Positions 36,955 to 46,935 of a DNA stretch of 64,000 nt are shown here, piece after piece (within the stretch, counting starts at the first letter, position 1; every line of letters starts with the position of its first letter). The notes under the pieces were generated by a model. The model had not been told where the DNA came from and did not search any database. It saw only the letters and a program-made list of their open reading frames with translations. The position numbers were made by a program, and so were the translations under genes. The stretch is from Vulcanimicrobiota bacterium. GTDB lineage: Bacteria; Vulcanimicrobiota; Vulcanimicrobiia; Vulcanimicrobiales; Vulcanimicrobiaceae. The stretch is taken from positions 108,372 through 172,371 of the forward strand of contig JAFAJV010000078.1 in assembly GCA_019235995.1 (NCBI GenBank), written 5' to 3'.

Positions 36955-37368
36955 TGTCATCCTGAGCGAAGCGAGGCGAAGCCGAGCGAAGTCGAAGGAC
37001 GCGAATGTCGTGTCATCCTGAGCCTGTCGAAGGATGACTGAGGGAAAAATCGGAAGCGTTTTGAAGCGGAAACTCTGGTTTTACGGGCGTCTGAAGACTC
37101 CGACCTTGACGAAGAACTCGTCTATAACGGCGTCGATTTTATGGCGTCATATGTTTATGAAACGGGCCACTCCCTGGGTGCTCGCTCGTTCTTCGAAAGC
37201 GTAGCGGCTTCGAAGCTTTCTTTGCGCACGGAATGCGCATCACGCGGCTTGCGTCCCTCGGCTCGCTTCGCTCGCTCAGGACTTCGAGGCACGCGCGTCC
37301 TTCGACTACGGCGCTCCGCGCCTTCGCTCAGGATGACATGATGGCGCGCCTTCGCTGTAGGATGACAC
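36955..37368. repeat. Cluster of hairpin-forming dispersed repeats (GTCATCCTGAG...GTCGAAGGA family) in both orientations
   Basis: Forward units at 36955-37000 and 37010-37038; reverse units at 37255-37338 and 37349-37368. A perfect 17-bp inverted repeat TGTCATCCTGAGCGAAG occurs at 36955-36971 and 37322-37338. Confidence 0.75.
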
Positions 37369-37376
37369 GGAGAAGC

Positions 37377-37853
37377 TTAGCGGTTAAAGTCGCTCGGTTT
37401 TAGGTCGTCGAGGAATTTCTTGAAGCGCGCCATCTCGGTCTCGTTGATGGGCTTCTTCTCGGCTGTGGCCTCCTCGAGGACGATCTTGTCGGAAACGAAG
37501 ATCGGCGCGGGAACGCGCAGTGCGAGGGCGATGCCGTCCGAGGGACGCGCGTCGATCTCCTGCAGCTCTCCGTTCGTGCGCACGACGAGTTTGGCGAAGA
37601 ACGTCGAGTCCTTGATGTCGTGAATCACGACCTGCTCGAGGTTGGCGTTGAGCGATTCGAGGATGTTGCGCATGAGGTCATGGGAGAGGGGACGCGGCAC
37701 CGGCGCGCCTTCCAGTGCGAGCGCGATCGCCGTCGCTTCGAACGGGCCGATGAGAATCGGGAGGTAATGCGAGCCGTCCATGTCCTTGAGGATCACCACG
37801 GGGTCGTGGGTCAGGAGGTCGATGCCGAGTTTGTCGACCTTCATTTGGCGCAT
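37377..37853 (-). CDS. Bifunctional nuclease (BFN/DUF151) family protein
   Basis: LPILIGPFEATAIALALEG..PRPLSHDL. Start trimmed to ATG 37853. Confidence 0.8.
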   Translation of the reverse strand: MRQMKVDKLGIDLLTHDPVVILKDMDGSHYLPILIGPFEATAIALALEGAPVPRPLSHDLMRNILESLNANLEQVVIHDIKDSTFFAKLVVRTNGELQEIDARPSDGIALALRVPAPIFVSDKIVLEEATAEKKPINETEMARFKKFLDDLKPSDFNR

Positions 37854-37955
37854 AACGACGTATCCGACGCGTCCGCGCCATTTTCTTGCCGCGGTCGTCG
37901 TGCCGGCCTGGAAGCGCAAGGGCGGGCAGGACGAGCGGCCGAACCGGCGGGCGCA

Positions 37956-39050
37956 GTGCCACTCTCCTGCGGAATCGTCGGGTTGCCGAACGTCGGGAAG
38001 TCGACGATCTTCAACGCGCTTACGCGCTCGGCGCACGCTCTGGCGGCAAACTACCCGTTTGCGACGATCGAGCCGAACGTCGGCGAGGTCGCCGTGCCGG
38101 ATCCGCGGCTGCCGGTCCTGGCACAGTTCGTCAACGCTCGTAGGATCGTCCCGGCGACCGTTCGCTTTGTCGATATCGCGGGACTGGTCCGCGGCGCCAG
38201 CGCCGGCGAGGGTCTCGGCAACGCCTTCCTCAGCCACATTCGCGAGACCGACGCGATCGTGATGGTCTTACGCTGCTTCGAGGACGCCGACGTGTCGCAC
38301 GTCGAGGGGCATCCGGATCCGCAGCGCGATTCCGAAATCGTGGCGATCGAGCTCGCACTCGCGGATCTTGCTACGCTGCGCCGGCGTATCCCGAAGCTCG
38401 AGCGCGAGGCGCGGGCAAACCCGAAGCTCCGCGAGCATCTCGCCGCGGCGCAGCGCCTGGAAGCGGCGCTCGAAGATGCGAAACCCGCGCGTAGCTTCGC
38501 GCCGGACTCGTTGGAGGCGGCGGTCGCCGCGGATTCGTTTCTGCTCACCGCGAAGCCGGTGCTCTACGTCGCGAACGTCGGCGAAACCGAGCTCGGCTCC
38601 GACGGCGCGCAGGTTCGGGCCGTGCACGAGATCACTCGCAGGCAAGGAGGCCGCGCCGTCGTCCTCAGCGGGAAGGTCGAGGCCGAGCTGGCGGGCCTCA
38701 GCGAGAGCGAGGCCGCCGAATTTCGGCGGGAGCTGGGCATGGAACGCAGCGGCCTGGATGAGCTCGCCGCCGCAGCCTACGACCTGCTTGGACTCATGAC
38801 GTTTCTCACGGCCGGCGAGAAGGAGGCTCGGGCCTGGCCGATTCGCCGCGGCACGAAGGCCCCGCAGGCCGCTGGGACCATCCACGGCGACATCGAGCGC
38901 GGCTTCATTCGGGCCGAGATCGTCTCATACGACGACTACGTCGAATATCGCACCATGGAAGAGTTGCGGGCGGCCGGTCGCGTCCGCAGCGAGGGGCGCG
39001 AGTACGTCATGCAAGAGGGCGACGTGGTCAATTTTCGTTTCAACGTGTGA
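37956..39050 (+). CDS. ychF: Redox-regulated ATPase YchF
   Basis: CGIVGLPNVGKSTIFNALT. GTG start gives about 364 aa, typical of the family. Confidence 0.9.
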   Translation: MPLSCGIVGLPNVGKSTIFNALTRSAHALAANYPFATIEPNVGEVAVPDPRLPVLAQFVNARRIVPATVRFVDIAGLVRGASAGEGLGNAFLSHIRETDAIVMVLRCFEDADVSHVEGHPDPQRDSEIVAIELALADLATLRRRIPKLEREARANPKLREHLAAAQRLEAALEDAKPARSFAPDSLEAAVAADSFLLTAKPVLYVANVGETELGSDGAQVRAVHEITRRQGGRAVVLSGKVEAELAGLSESEAAEFRRELGMERSGLDELAAAAYDLLGLMTFLTAGEKEARAWPIRRGTKAPQAAGTIHGDIERGFIRAEIVSYDDYVEYRTMEELRAAGRVRSEGREYVMQEGDVVNFRFNV

Positions 39051-39090
39051 ATCAAGGGGCCGCGGCGCGGAACCGACAAAAGATTAGGGC

Positions 39091-40380
39091 ATGACCACTG
39101 CGCTGCGCCCTACGACGGGCTCAGGACCCTCCGTGCGCGATGTTTCCGTTTTTGGCGACGCCATAGCCTATTTCAACGAAGCCGCCGATCTGCTGGAGCT
39201 CGACGCCGGAATGCGGCGCATCCTCACGCATCCGTCTCGCCAGATCATCTTCTCGATTCCGTTTCAGCGCGACTCGGGCGAGTTCGAGGTCTACACGGGG
39301 TATCGCGTTCAGTACAACTTCGCGCGCGGTCCGGCGAAGGGCGGCATCCGCTACCATCCGGGCGTGACGCTGGACGAGGTGACGGCGCTGGCGTTTTGGA
39401 TGACGTGGAAGTGCGCCGTGGTCGATCTGCCGTTCGGCGGCGGCAAGGGCGGCGTCACCTGCGATCCCGCGACGCTCTCCTCCAACGAGCTCGAGCGCAT
39501 TACGCGCCGCTACGCGGCGGAGCTGGTCGAAGTCGTAGGCCCGGATAAGGACGTCCCCGCGCCCGACGTCAACACGACGCCCCAGGTCATGGCGTGGTTC
39601 ATGGACACGTACTCGATGCACACGCGCCAAAACACGCCCGGCGTCGTGACCGGCAAGCCGTTGGAGATCGGCGGCTCGCGCGGACGCGTCGAGGCGACGG
39701 GGCGCGGCGTGACGATCTGTGCCCTCGACGAGATGTCGGAGATGGATTTACGTCCCGACAAGGCGACGATCGCCATCCAGGGCTTCGGCAACGTTGGCAA
39801 GCACGCGGCGAAGCTCTTCGAGGAACGCGGCTGCAAGATCTTCGGCATCTCCGACGTCACCGGCGCGTACTACAACGAGGACGGAATCTTCGTCGCGGGC
39901 GCGATGGAGCATTCCGCCAAGTTCGGCACCCTCGAGGGCTTCAAGGGCGGCGAGAAGGTCACGAATGCGGAGCTGCTCTCGAGCGACTGCGACGTGCTCG
40001 TTCCGGCGGCGCTCGAGAAGGTTTTCACGGCCGAGAGCGCCGCCAAGGTGAAGGCCAAGCTGGTCGTGGAGGGCGCGAACGGGCCGACGACACCCGAGGC
40101 CGATCGCATCTTCCGCGAGCGCGGCATCGTGGTGATCCCCGATATCATGGCCAACGCCGGCGGCGTGACCGTGTCGTACTTCGAGTGGGCGCAAGACCGG
40201 ATGGGATACTTTTGGAAGGAGCCCGAGGTCAACGAGAAGCTCGAGGATTTTCTCCTGGGCAACCTGCATCAGATCCGCTCGATCGCGAACTCCCGCCACG
40301 CCACTCTGCGCACGGCCGCGTACACGCTCGCGATCGACCGGGTCGTCAAGGCCTCAAAGCTCCGCGGCATCTACGCCTAA
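39091..40380 (+). CDS. gdhA: Glutamate dehydrogenase (Glu/Leu/Phe/Val dehydrogenase family)
   Basis: KGGIRYHP and LPFGGGKGGV motifs. Confidence 0.9.
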   Translation: MTTALRPTTGSGPSVRDVSVFGDAIAYFNEAADLLELDAGMRRILTHPSRQIIFSIPFQRDSGEFEVYTGYRVQYNFARGPAKGGIRYHPGVTLDEVTALAFWMTWKCAVVDLPFGGGKGGVTCDPATLSSNELERITRRYAAELVEVVGPDKDVPAPDVNTTPQVMAWFMDTYSMHTRQNTPGVVTGKPLEIGGSRGRVEATGRGVTICALDEMSEMDLRPDKATIAIQGFGNVGKHAAKLFEERGCKIFGISDVTGAYYNEDGIFVAGAMEHSAKFGTLEGFKGGEKVTNAELLSSDCDVLVPAALEKVFTAESAAKVKAKLVVEGANGPTTPEADRIFRERGIVVIPDIMANAGGVTVSYFEWAQDRMGYFWKEPEVNEKLEDFLLGNLHQIRSIANSRHATLRTAAYTLAIDRVVKASKLRGIYA

Positions 40381-40398
40381 AGAAGGGGTCCGCATCAC

Positions 40399-40563
40399 AT
40401 GAGACCACCGGAAAACGAGCCCGGCCCCGAAGAGCTCCGAGAGCTTCTCGATGAAGAGGAGAGCAAACTGCTCGACCAGCCCGAGATTCCGGACGACGTG
40501 AAATCCGAGCTCACGGAGCGGCTAGAGCGCCGGCGCGAGGCCGATACCGGCGAAGAGTCCTAG
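40399..40563 (+). CDS. Possible small acidic protein (54 aa)
   Basis: ATG-to-TAG ORF read manually; it is below the ORF-track cutoff. E/D-rich, with no recognisable RBS or family. Confidence 0.25.
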   Translation: MRPPENEPGPEELRELLDEEESKLLDQPEIPDDVKSELTERLERRREADTGEES

Positions 40564-40579
40564 ATCGATCCGCCGCGAC

Positions 40580-42226
40580 TCAAGTGTGCGGCGCGTAAGG
40601 ATCCGGGTAACAAAGTTTGCTGCAACGCGACCCGTCGTAGACGCCCTTGACGTCGACCTCGGGGATGTGCGCGCCGTACGCCTTGTTGATGACCTTGATG
40701 AAATCGTACGCGATCAGAGCATACCCGGTGTCCGACGGGTGAATGCCGTCGAAGCTTAGGATGCCGCCGGGCGCGGCCGTCGATCCGATGAAGTGGATGA
40801 AGCCCAGCGTGCAGCAGACGCCCGGAGCGATCGACGCGGCTGCCGCGAAATATGGATTCGATGGATCGCCGCTGGCGAGGCCGTGGAAGATCGCATTGAC
40901 GTCCACGAGTGGCACCCGCGCAGCCGTCGCGGCGTTGTCGATGCCCTGGTTGATCGCGTCGTTGAGCGCCTGCACCTTCGCTGCGAACTCGGGGGTGATG
41001 TAGTTCCCTCCCAGGCCGCTGCCTTTCACCGCCTTGCAGTGCGGCGCCGGGACCGCGCAGTCGAGGTTTGGCGCGTTCCCATTCGCGCCGATGTAGTTGA
41101 TGATCAGCACGGTGGCCGCGAGCGTGAGGTATCCGCACGGCTTCGTCACCGAAGCGGGCACGCACCCCGGCGCGTTGAGGTGATACTCCTTCGCGATGCT
41201 CGGTAAGAAGCTGGCTACTCCGGGCGATATGGCCATGAGACACCGGGCATAGCTCGCGATCCTGCACGCGTTCGCGCCGCGCAGCGGCCCGACGCGCTGA
41301 AAGTAGCCGGTCTCGAGAATGTTGGGCAGATTCGCCAGGACGACGCGGGCGCCGGAATGCTGTAGCGTCGAGATGGTCGCCCGAATATCGCCCTCGGCCT
41401 GGCCCGCGTTGCGGTCGCCGCCGACGAATCGGCCGCCGCTGCCCATGTACTTGAGCACGTCATTAGCGCCGAGCCACACCGTCGCGAGGCTTGGATGGCG
41501 CGACGCGGCGGCGTTGACTTCCGTGAGGTGCGGGCCGAGGTTCGTGAAGTTCCGCAACACTGGCCAGAACGTGCCGCTCTCCTCGTTGACGACGTCGCTC
41601 AGGAGTCCGGGAATGCCCGGGAGCGGGCTGCACGTGTCCGTTTCCGGCTGGTGAATCGTGATCGCTTCGTGGAGCGTGAGACCCGGGACGCCGACGTCGT
41701 GGACGGAAGTCGAATTCGGATCCATGCGCACGCGCGCCGAGGACCGCAGCCCGAAGCCCGCCTGATTGAAGCCGTGGTCGTACGTGCAGGAGTCGGTGCC
41801 CTTGAATTGGCCGAACGGAGCGAAGTTGCTCGGGCCGGCGGGAACGATTTGATTGTCGAGACCCGGACCTTTGATCAACGGAAGCGGACTGGTCGAGGGA
41901 TCGTACATCTGGGCGATCGCGGCTTGCAACGGGAGGCTCGATGCCTGCTCGGCGAGGAGCGCCCACCACCCGTTCTCTTGCGTCGGCGGGATCGACGAAC
42001 CGGGAAAGATCGGATTTCGCACGCCGGTTTGGCCTAAGATGCCGTCGGACTGATAGCCCGCAGTCAGGCTATCGCCGACGCCGACGATCTTCTGAGTTAC
42101 CGCATCACGAGCGCGTCCCCCGGCTGCCGAGGGAACCACGCTTTGTGCGCCGGTGAGGTTCCCGCCGCCGCACCCGGTGAGTACGGCAAACGTAGTCGCA
42201 AGAGCCAATGCACGCGAGCTTTTCAT
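40580..42226 (-). CDS. SGNH/GDSL hydrolase lipoprotein
   Basis: Lipobox LTGCGG, block I VGVGDSLTAGY and block V DGIHPSDTGY. Confidence 0.75.
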   Translation of the reverse strand: MKSSRALALATTFAVLTGCGGGNLTGAQSVVPSAAGGRARDAVTQKIVGVGDSLTAGYQSDGILGQTGVRNPIFPGSSIPPTQENGWWALLAEQASSLPLQAAIAQMYDPSTSPLPLIKGPGLDNQIVPAGPSNFAPFGQFKGTDSCTYDHGFNQAGFGLRSSARVRMDPNSTSVHDVGVPGLTLHEAITIHQPETDTCSPLPGIPGLLSDVVNEESGTFWPVLRNFTNLGPHLTEVNAAASRHPSLATVWLGANDVLKYMGSGGRFVGGDRNAGQAEGDIRATISTLQHSGARVVLANLPNILETGYFQRVGPLRGANACRIASYARCLMAISPGVASFLPSIAKEYHLNAPGCVPASVTKPCGYLTLAATVLIINYIGANGNAPNLDCAVPAPHCKAVKGSGLGGNYITPEFAAKVQALNDAINQGIDNAATAARVPLVDVNAIFHGLASGDPSNPYFAAAASIAPGVCCTLGFIHFIGSTAAPGGILSFDGIHPSDTGYALIAYDFIKVINKAYGAHIPEVDVKGVYDGSRCSKLCYPDPYAPHT

Positions 42227-42241
42227 ATAGAACCTCTGAGC

Positions 42242-43441
42242 TTATAGCGGGAAGACACTGGGTGAACCGACGCCGAACTGAAGCTGCAGCTGCGTCGCCT
42301 TGAGGCCGCCGATCGCGAGGCCGCATGCGTTGTTGATGGCCTGCTGTACCGTAACGCACTTTATGCCTGTGATGCCGTCCGGCCCCATGTTCGTTGGATT
42401 GCCGCTGTTGAGCACGAGCTGCACGAAAGCGTATTTGCTCAGGCGCTGCGATGCACCGAGGAAGTACGCGATGAGATGCTCCGGATAAGGATCGGTCGGC
42501 AAGTAGTCGCGTGCGCTCTGCGGCTCGAAGAACAGCGTGGTGCCGCGAAACGGCGTGTACTCGAGGTAGATGACCTGCGGCAGCTGCATCGAGTTGCCGA
42601 CGTTCGCGCCGGACGTGTGCACGAGCCACTGCGGCGCCACGGTGAACGTGCCGAACATCTTCGGCGTCTTCAGGAACGGCAGCGTGAAAGCGACCGCATA
42701 GTACTGCGCGGTGCGCACCGGGATGTTGATGACGGGGCCGTCCGGCAGGTCATACGTAAACGGAACGACATCATTGTTATGCGGCGCGAACCCGATCTGG
42801 CCGCCGCGCGCGACGTAGGTCGGCGTGACGACGATCGGAACCGGGCCCGGCAACTTGTCGGACTTGATGACGAACATTTTCTGCAGCATGAAGACGCCGA
42901 ACGTGTCCTTCGTGCGCACGTTGATGTTCCGTCCGGCGCCCGGGCCGCACTTGTTACCGCCGCTGAGGTCGGCGCAGCCCACGGGATTCTGGAAACCGGC
43001 CAGGTACACCGGCGCCAGACCGCTGTTGAAGCCGTACGGCCAGTGCTGCAGCTGGAACATGCTCACGACCAGACGCGTCGACCAGTTGAACCCGTAACCC
43101 AGGGCGGCATCCATGCCGCCCATCAGCCAGCCCTTGCCGTACGAGCCGATGTTGCCCCACGGATAGGCGGCCGATACGTCGAGCCGATACTCGATCCGGT
43201 TGCCGGGCAACTCCATCTTGGGGCCGACGCGGTGTTGCTGCACCGGCGGCACCTGGGCGACGCTTCCGCTGCTCGGCGTGGGCCGCGGTTGGGACATGAC
43301 GCTCTTGATCGCGTCGTTGGCGCCGGGAACGACGGATCGCTGATAGACGTCCTCGGTGCCGTCGGCAAAGGCCGGCAGCGCCGAAGCGCTCAAGAACACC
43401 GCCGCCGCGGCCGCTACGACGCGACACATTTTAACGAGCAT
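42242..43441 (-). CDS. Secreted beta-rich protein, possible outer-membrane beta-barrel
   Basis: Signal peptide ending ALPAFADG, alternating hydrophobic pattern and aromatic-rich strands. ATG 43441 with a GGGAG RBS. Confidence 0.45.
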   Translation of the reverse strand: MLVKMCRVVAAAAAVFLSASALPAFADGTEDVYQRSVVPGANDAIKSVMSQPRPTPSSGSVAQVPPVQQHRVGPKMELPGNRIEYRLDVSAAYPWGNIGSYGKGWLMGGMDAALGYGFNWSTRLVVSMFQLQHWPYGFNSGLAPVYLAGFQNPVGCADLSGGNKCGPGAGRNINVRTKDTFGVFMLQKMFVIKSDKLPGPVPIVVTPTYVARGGQIGFAPHNNDVVPFTYDLPDGPVINIPVRTAQYYAVAFTLPFLKTPKMFGTFTVAPQWLVHTSGANVGNSMQLPQVIYLEYTPFRGTTLFFEPQSARDYLPTDPYPEHLIAYFLGASQRLSKYAFVQLVLNSGNPTNMGPDGITGIKCVTVQQAINNACGLAIGGLKATQLQLQFGVGSPSVFPL

Positions 43442-43569
43442 GCAAGCAACTCCCAAATCCGACGGTGACGGCGGTTATTAAATCTATCAGACGTGCAGCT
43501 TGAGGGGTTGCGCTTACGCGATTCAGTTCCTTCTAACCAAAATCATCGTTTTCGAAATGCTTTCGTCGA

Positions 43570-46500
43570 CTACACGCCGACGCGGGGTGCCGCGGGCTCC
43601 TGCACGATCTCGCCGCGCGTGTGACCGTCGCGTCCGGCCGCGCTGCCGCGCAGCTCGAACGACTTGATGATCACGTAGAGCACCGGCGTGATGCCGAGGT
43701 TGAGAATCGTCGACATGAGCATGCCGCCGAAAACGACGGTGCCCAGTGAGTGTCGCGCGGCCTCGCCGGCGCCCGTCGCGAAGACGAGCGGGATGACGGC
43801 GATCACGAACGCGATCGAGGTCATGAGGATCGGGCGAAGCCGCGTCTGCGCGGCGCGCATCGCCGCCTGCACGATCGACGCGCCCTGCCGCAACTGCTGA
43901 TTGCCGAACTCGACGATTAGAATTGCGCTCTTACTTGCGAGGCCGATGAGCATCACGTAGCCCACCTGCGCGTAGACGTCCTGGGAGAGCGTCGGATCGA
44001 AGAGAAACGGCAGCGGGAAGTGGCGCAGGTTGATGAAGATCAGGGCGCCGAGCAGCGCGGTAGGCACGGCGAGGAGCACGATGAGCGGATCGATGTAGCT
44101 CTCGTACTGTGCCGATAGGACGAAGAAGACGAATACCAGAGCCAGGATGAAGATCTCGATCGTGAGCGGCCCAGCAGCGATCTGATCCAGCTGCAGACCG
44201 GTCCACTCGAAGCTCACGCCCTTGGGCATCACCTGTGCGGCGATCTGCTGCATCGCCGCAATCGCCGTGCCCGTGCTCGTGCCGGGCGCGTTGCTGCCGT
44301 TCAGCTCGATGTTGCGGTAGAGGTTGTAGTGCGAAATGATCGGCGGTCCAAGCACCTTTTCAATCGACATGAGCGAGGAGAGCGGCGTCATCACGGCGCC
44401 GGTCGCGGTGGTCGAGGTCGCTCCGAGGCCGGGGGCCGGCGTCGCGATTGCCGACGGCAGCACCGCCGTTCCCGGCGCAGAGCTCGAATGCACGTAGAGG
44501 TTGCCGAGATCGGAGACTCGCGCGCGATACGGCGCGTCGGCCTGCACGTCCACCTGCCACGAGCGGTTCAGATACGTGAAATTATTGACGTAGAGGGAGC
44601 CGAGGTCGACCTCGAGGGTGGTGAAGACATCGGAGAGCGAGACGCCGATCGATTTGGCCTTATTCCGGTCGATGTTGGATTCGATTTGCGGCGAGTTGAT
44701 CCTGAACTGCGTGAAGACGTTCTCCAACCGCGGATCCTTGGCGGCGGCGCCCATCATCGCATACGCGGTCTGCATCAGGGCGGGCAGCCCGACGTTCCCG
44801 CGATCCTCGAGCTCGAACTGGAATCCGCCGAAGTTGCCCACGCCGTTGATCGCCGGCGGGTTGAATGCGAAGATCTGCGCCTGCGGAATCTGCATGTAGA
44901 AGGCGCCGTTGAGTCGCTGCTCGACGGCGAACACGTTGTGCGGAATGCATGCGTTGGGATGGGCGAAAAGGAAGATCAGTTGGCACCACGCGGGCGATTT
45001 TCGCTCGCCCCAGGGCTTCATCAGCGTGAACATGATGCCGCGGTTGGGCGCCGACCCCGAGAAGCCGAAGCCGCCGACGTCGAACAGATGCTCCACCTCG
45101 GGCTGAGCCCGGATGATGTTCTCGGCCTTGAGCGAGATGGTCCGCAAGCCTTGAAGTGACGTACCCTCGGGGGCCTGGACGAGCGTGATGAAGTAGCCCA
45201 AGTCTTCGTCCGGCAAGAAGCCCTGCGGGGTCCTAGCGGCGAGGAAGAGCGTGACCAGCAATGCGGCCGCGAAGATCCCCGCCACGAGCCAGCGCCGCCG
45301 GAACATGGTGGGCAACACTCGGCCGTACCAGTCGCGGAAGCGCCTGAAGTTCGCGTTGAACCAGCGGAAGAAGGCGAGCTTCGATTCGTACTCGCCGGAG
45401 AGAAGCCGTGCCGACAGTACCGGTGCGAGCGTAAGGGCCATGAAGAGCGAGATCGCGATCGAGGCCGCGATCGTGAGCGCGAACTGCTTGTAGATCTGTC
45501 CCGTGGTTCCCGGTAGGAACCCGACGGGGAGGAACACGGCGAGCAGAACGAGCGAGGACGCGACGACGGCGCTCTGGATCTCCCGCATCGCCTCGGCGGC
45601 GCTCGCGACACCGCTCTGCTTGCCTTTGTTCAAGTCCATGTGACGCGCAATGTTCTCGATGACGACGATGGCGTCGTCGACGACGAGTCCGGTCGCGAGC
45701 GTCAAACCGAAGAGCGTGATGGTGTTGATCGAGAAATGGAAGAGCTGCATCACGAAGAACGTGCCGATCAGCGAAACCGGAATGGTCGCCGCCGGAATCA
45801 GCGTGGACTTCGGATGCTGTAAGAAGACGAAGATGACGAGGATGACGAGCACGATCGAGAGCAGAAGCGTCAGGAGCACTTCCTTGATCGACTCGTTGAC
45901 GAACGTGGTGACGTCGAACGCTACCGCCCAGTGCATTCCGGTTGGGAACTGGGGGGCGAGCTTGGCCATCTCGGCGTTCACCTGGCGCGAGACGTCGAGC
46001 GCGTTGGCGGTCGGATACTGCAGGACGCCCAGGCCGACGACCTGGCTGCTGCCGTCGAAGCGCAGGTCGGTCGTGTAGCTCTGCGCTCCCAGTTCGATGC
46101 GCGCGACGTCGGAGAGGCGCACGTAGCCGCCGTTGGGGTTCGCCCGCAGGATGATGTTGCCGAATTGCGCCGGATCGGATAGCTGCGTCATCGCGTTGAC
46201 CGTGTAGGTATACGGTTGACTTTTCGGCGCGGGTGGGGCGCCGATGCTGCCAGCCGCGACCTCCGCATTCTGTTCCTGCAGCGCGCTGACGACGTCGCTT
46301 GCGTCGAGTCCTTGCTGCGCGAGCTTCACCGGATTGAGCCAGATGCGCATCGCATACTGGCGCTGACCGAAGATGATGACCTGCGAGACGCCGGGCACTC
46401 GCTCCAGGTTGTTGACGACGTTGATCTGCGCGTAGTTGCTCATCGTCAGAGTGTCGAGGCTCTTGCTGTCGGACGTCAGCGCGATGCCCATGACGAACGA

Positions 46501-46899
46501 GCCGGAGTTCTTGGCCACCGTGATCCCGAGCTGCTGCACGGTGGCGGGCAGTTGCCCGAGCGACGACTGGACTGCATTCTGCACGTCGGCAGCCGCGATG
46601 TCGAGGTTGACGCCGAGATTGAACGTGCAGGTGATCGTCGAAGAGCCCTGCGAGCTCGTCGAGCTGAGATAGCGCAGGCCTTGAACGGTGTTGACGGCCT
46701 GCTCTAACGGCGTCGTGACCTGCGCCTCGACCGCTTGTGGGCTCGCGCCGGTGTAAACGGCACTCACGGTGACGACCGGCGGAGCGATTTGCGGATACTG
46801 TGCGATGGGGAGCGCCGGGATCACGACGAGTCCCGCGATCAAGATGAGCAACGAGCAGACCGCCGCGAGGACGGGCCGGTTCAGGAAGAGCTTCGTCAC
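43570..46899 (-). CDS. RND efflux transporter permease (AcrB/HAE1 family)
   Basis: 1109 aa. N-terminus LNRPVLAAVCSLLILIAGLVVIPALPIAQYPQIAPP. 12-TM architecture. GTG start. Confidence 0.9.
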   Translation of the reverse strand: MTKLFLNRPVLAAVCSLLILIAGLVVIPALPIAQYPQIAPPVVTVSAVYTGASPQAVEAQVTTPLEQAVNTVQGLRYLSSTSSQGSSTITCTFNLGVNLDIAAADVQNAVQSSLGQLPATVQQLGITVAKNSGSFVMGIALTSDSKSLDTLTMSNYAQINVVNNLERVPGVSQVIIFGQRQYAMRIWLNPVKLAQQGLDASDVVSALQEQNAEVAAGSIGAPPAPKSQPYTYTVNAMTQLSDPAQFGNIILRANPNGGYVRLSDVARIELGAQSYTTDLRFDGSSQVVGLGVLQYPTANALDVSRQVNAEMAKLAPQFPTGMHWAVAFDVTTFVNESIKEVLLTLLLSIVLVILVIFVFLQHPKSTLIPAATIPVSLIGTFFVMQLFHFSINTITLFGLTLATGLVVDDAIVVIENIARHMDLNKGKQSGVASAAEAMREIQSAVVASSLVLLAVFLPVGFLPGTTGQIYKQFALTIAASIAISLFMALTLAPVLSARLLSGEYESKLAFFRWFNANFRRFRDWYGRVLPTMFRRRWLVAGIFAAALLVTLFLAARTPQGFLPDEDLGYFITLVQAPEGTSLQGLRTISLKAENIIRAQPEVEHLFDVGGFGFSGSAPNRGIMFTLMKPWGERKSPAWCQLIFLFAHPNACIPHNVFAVEQRLNGAFYMQIPQAQIFAFNPPAINGVGNFGGFQFELEDRGNVGLPALMQTAYAMMGAAAKDPRLENVFTQFRINSPQIESNIDRNKAKSIGVSLSDVFTTLEVDLGSLYVNNFTYLNRSWQVDVQADAPYRARVSDLGNLYVHSSSAPGTAVLPSAIATPAPGLGATSTTATGAVMTPLSSLMSIEKVLGPPIISHYNLYRNIELNGSNAPGTSTGTAIAAMQQIAAQVMPKGVSFEWTGLQLDQIAAGPLTIEIFILALVFVFFVLSAQYESYIDPLIVLLAVPTALLGALIFINLRHFPLPFLFDPTLSQDVYAQVGYVMLIGLASKSAILIVEFGNQQLRQGASIVQAAMRAAQTRLRPILMTSIAFVIAVIPLVFATGAGEAARHSLGTVVFGGMLMSTILNLGITPVLYVIIKSFELRGSAAGRDGHTRGEIVQEPAAPRVGV

Positions 46900-46935
46900 G
46901 TTAGCTGTTCCAACCTAAGGAGGATGCGGGCGGTT

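Noticed and set aside
37141-37341. 66-aa plus-strand ORF in the mtnP upstream gap
   Set aside because: Its C-terminal half is translated straight through inverted copies of the dispersed repeat. There is no RBS. It is most likely non-coding.
36955-37368. Possible CRISPR array
   Set aside because: The repeat units are irregular in length and spacing and occur in both orientations. There is no uniform repeat-spacer periodicity and there are no cas genes in the window.
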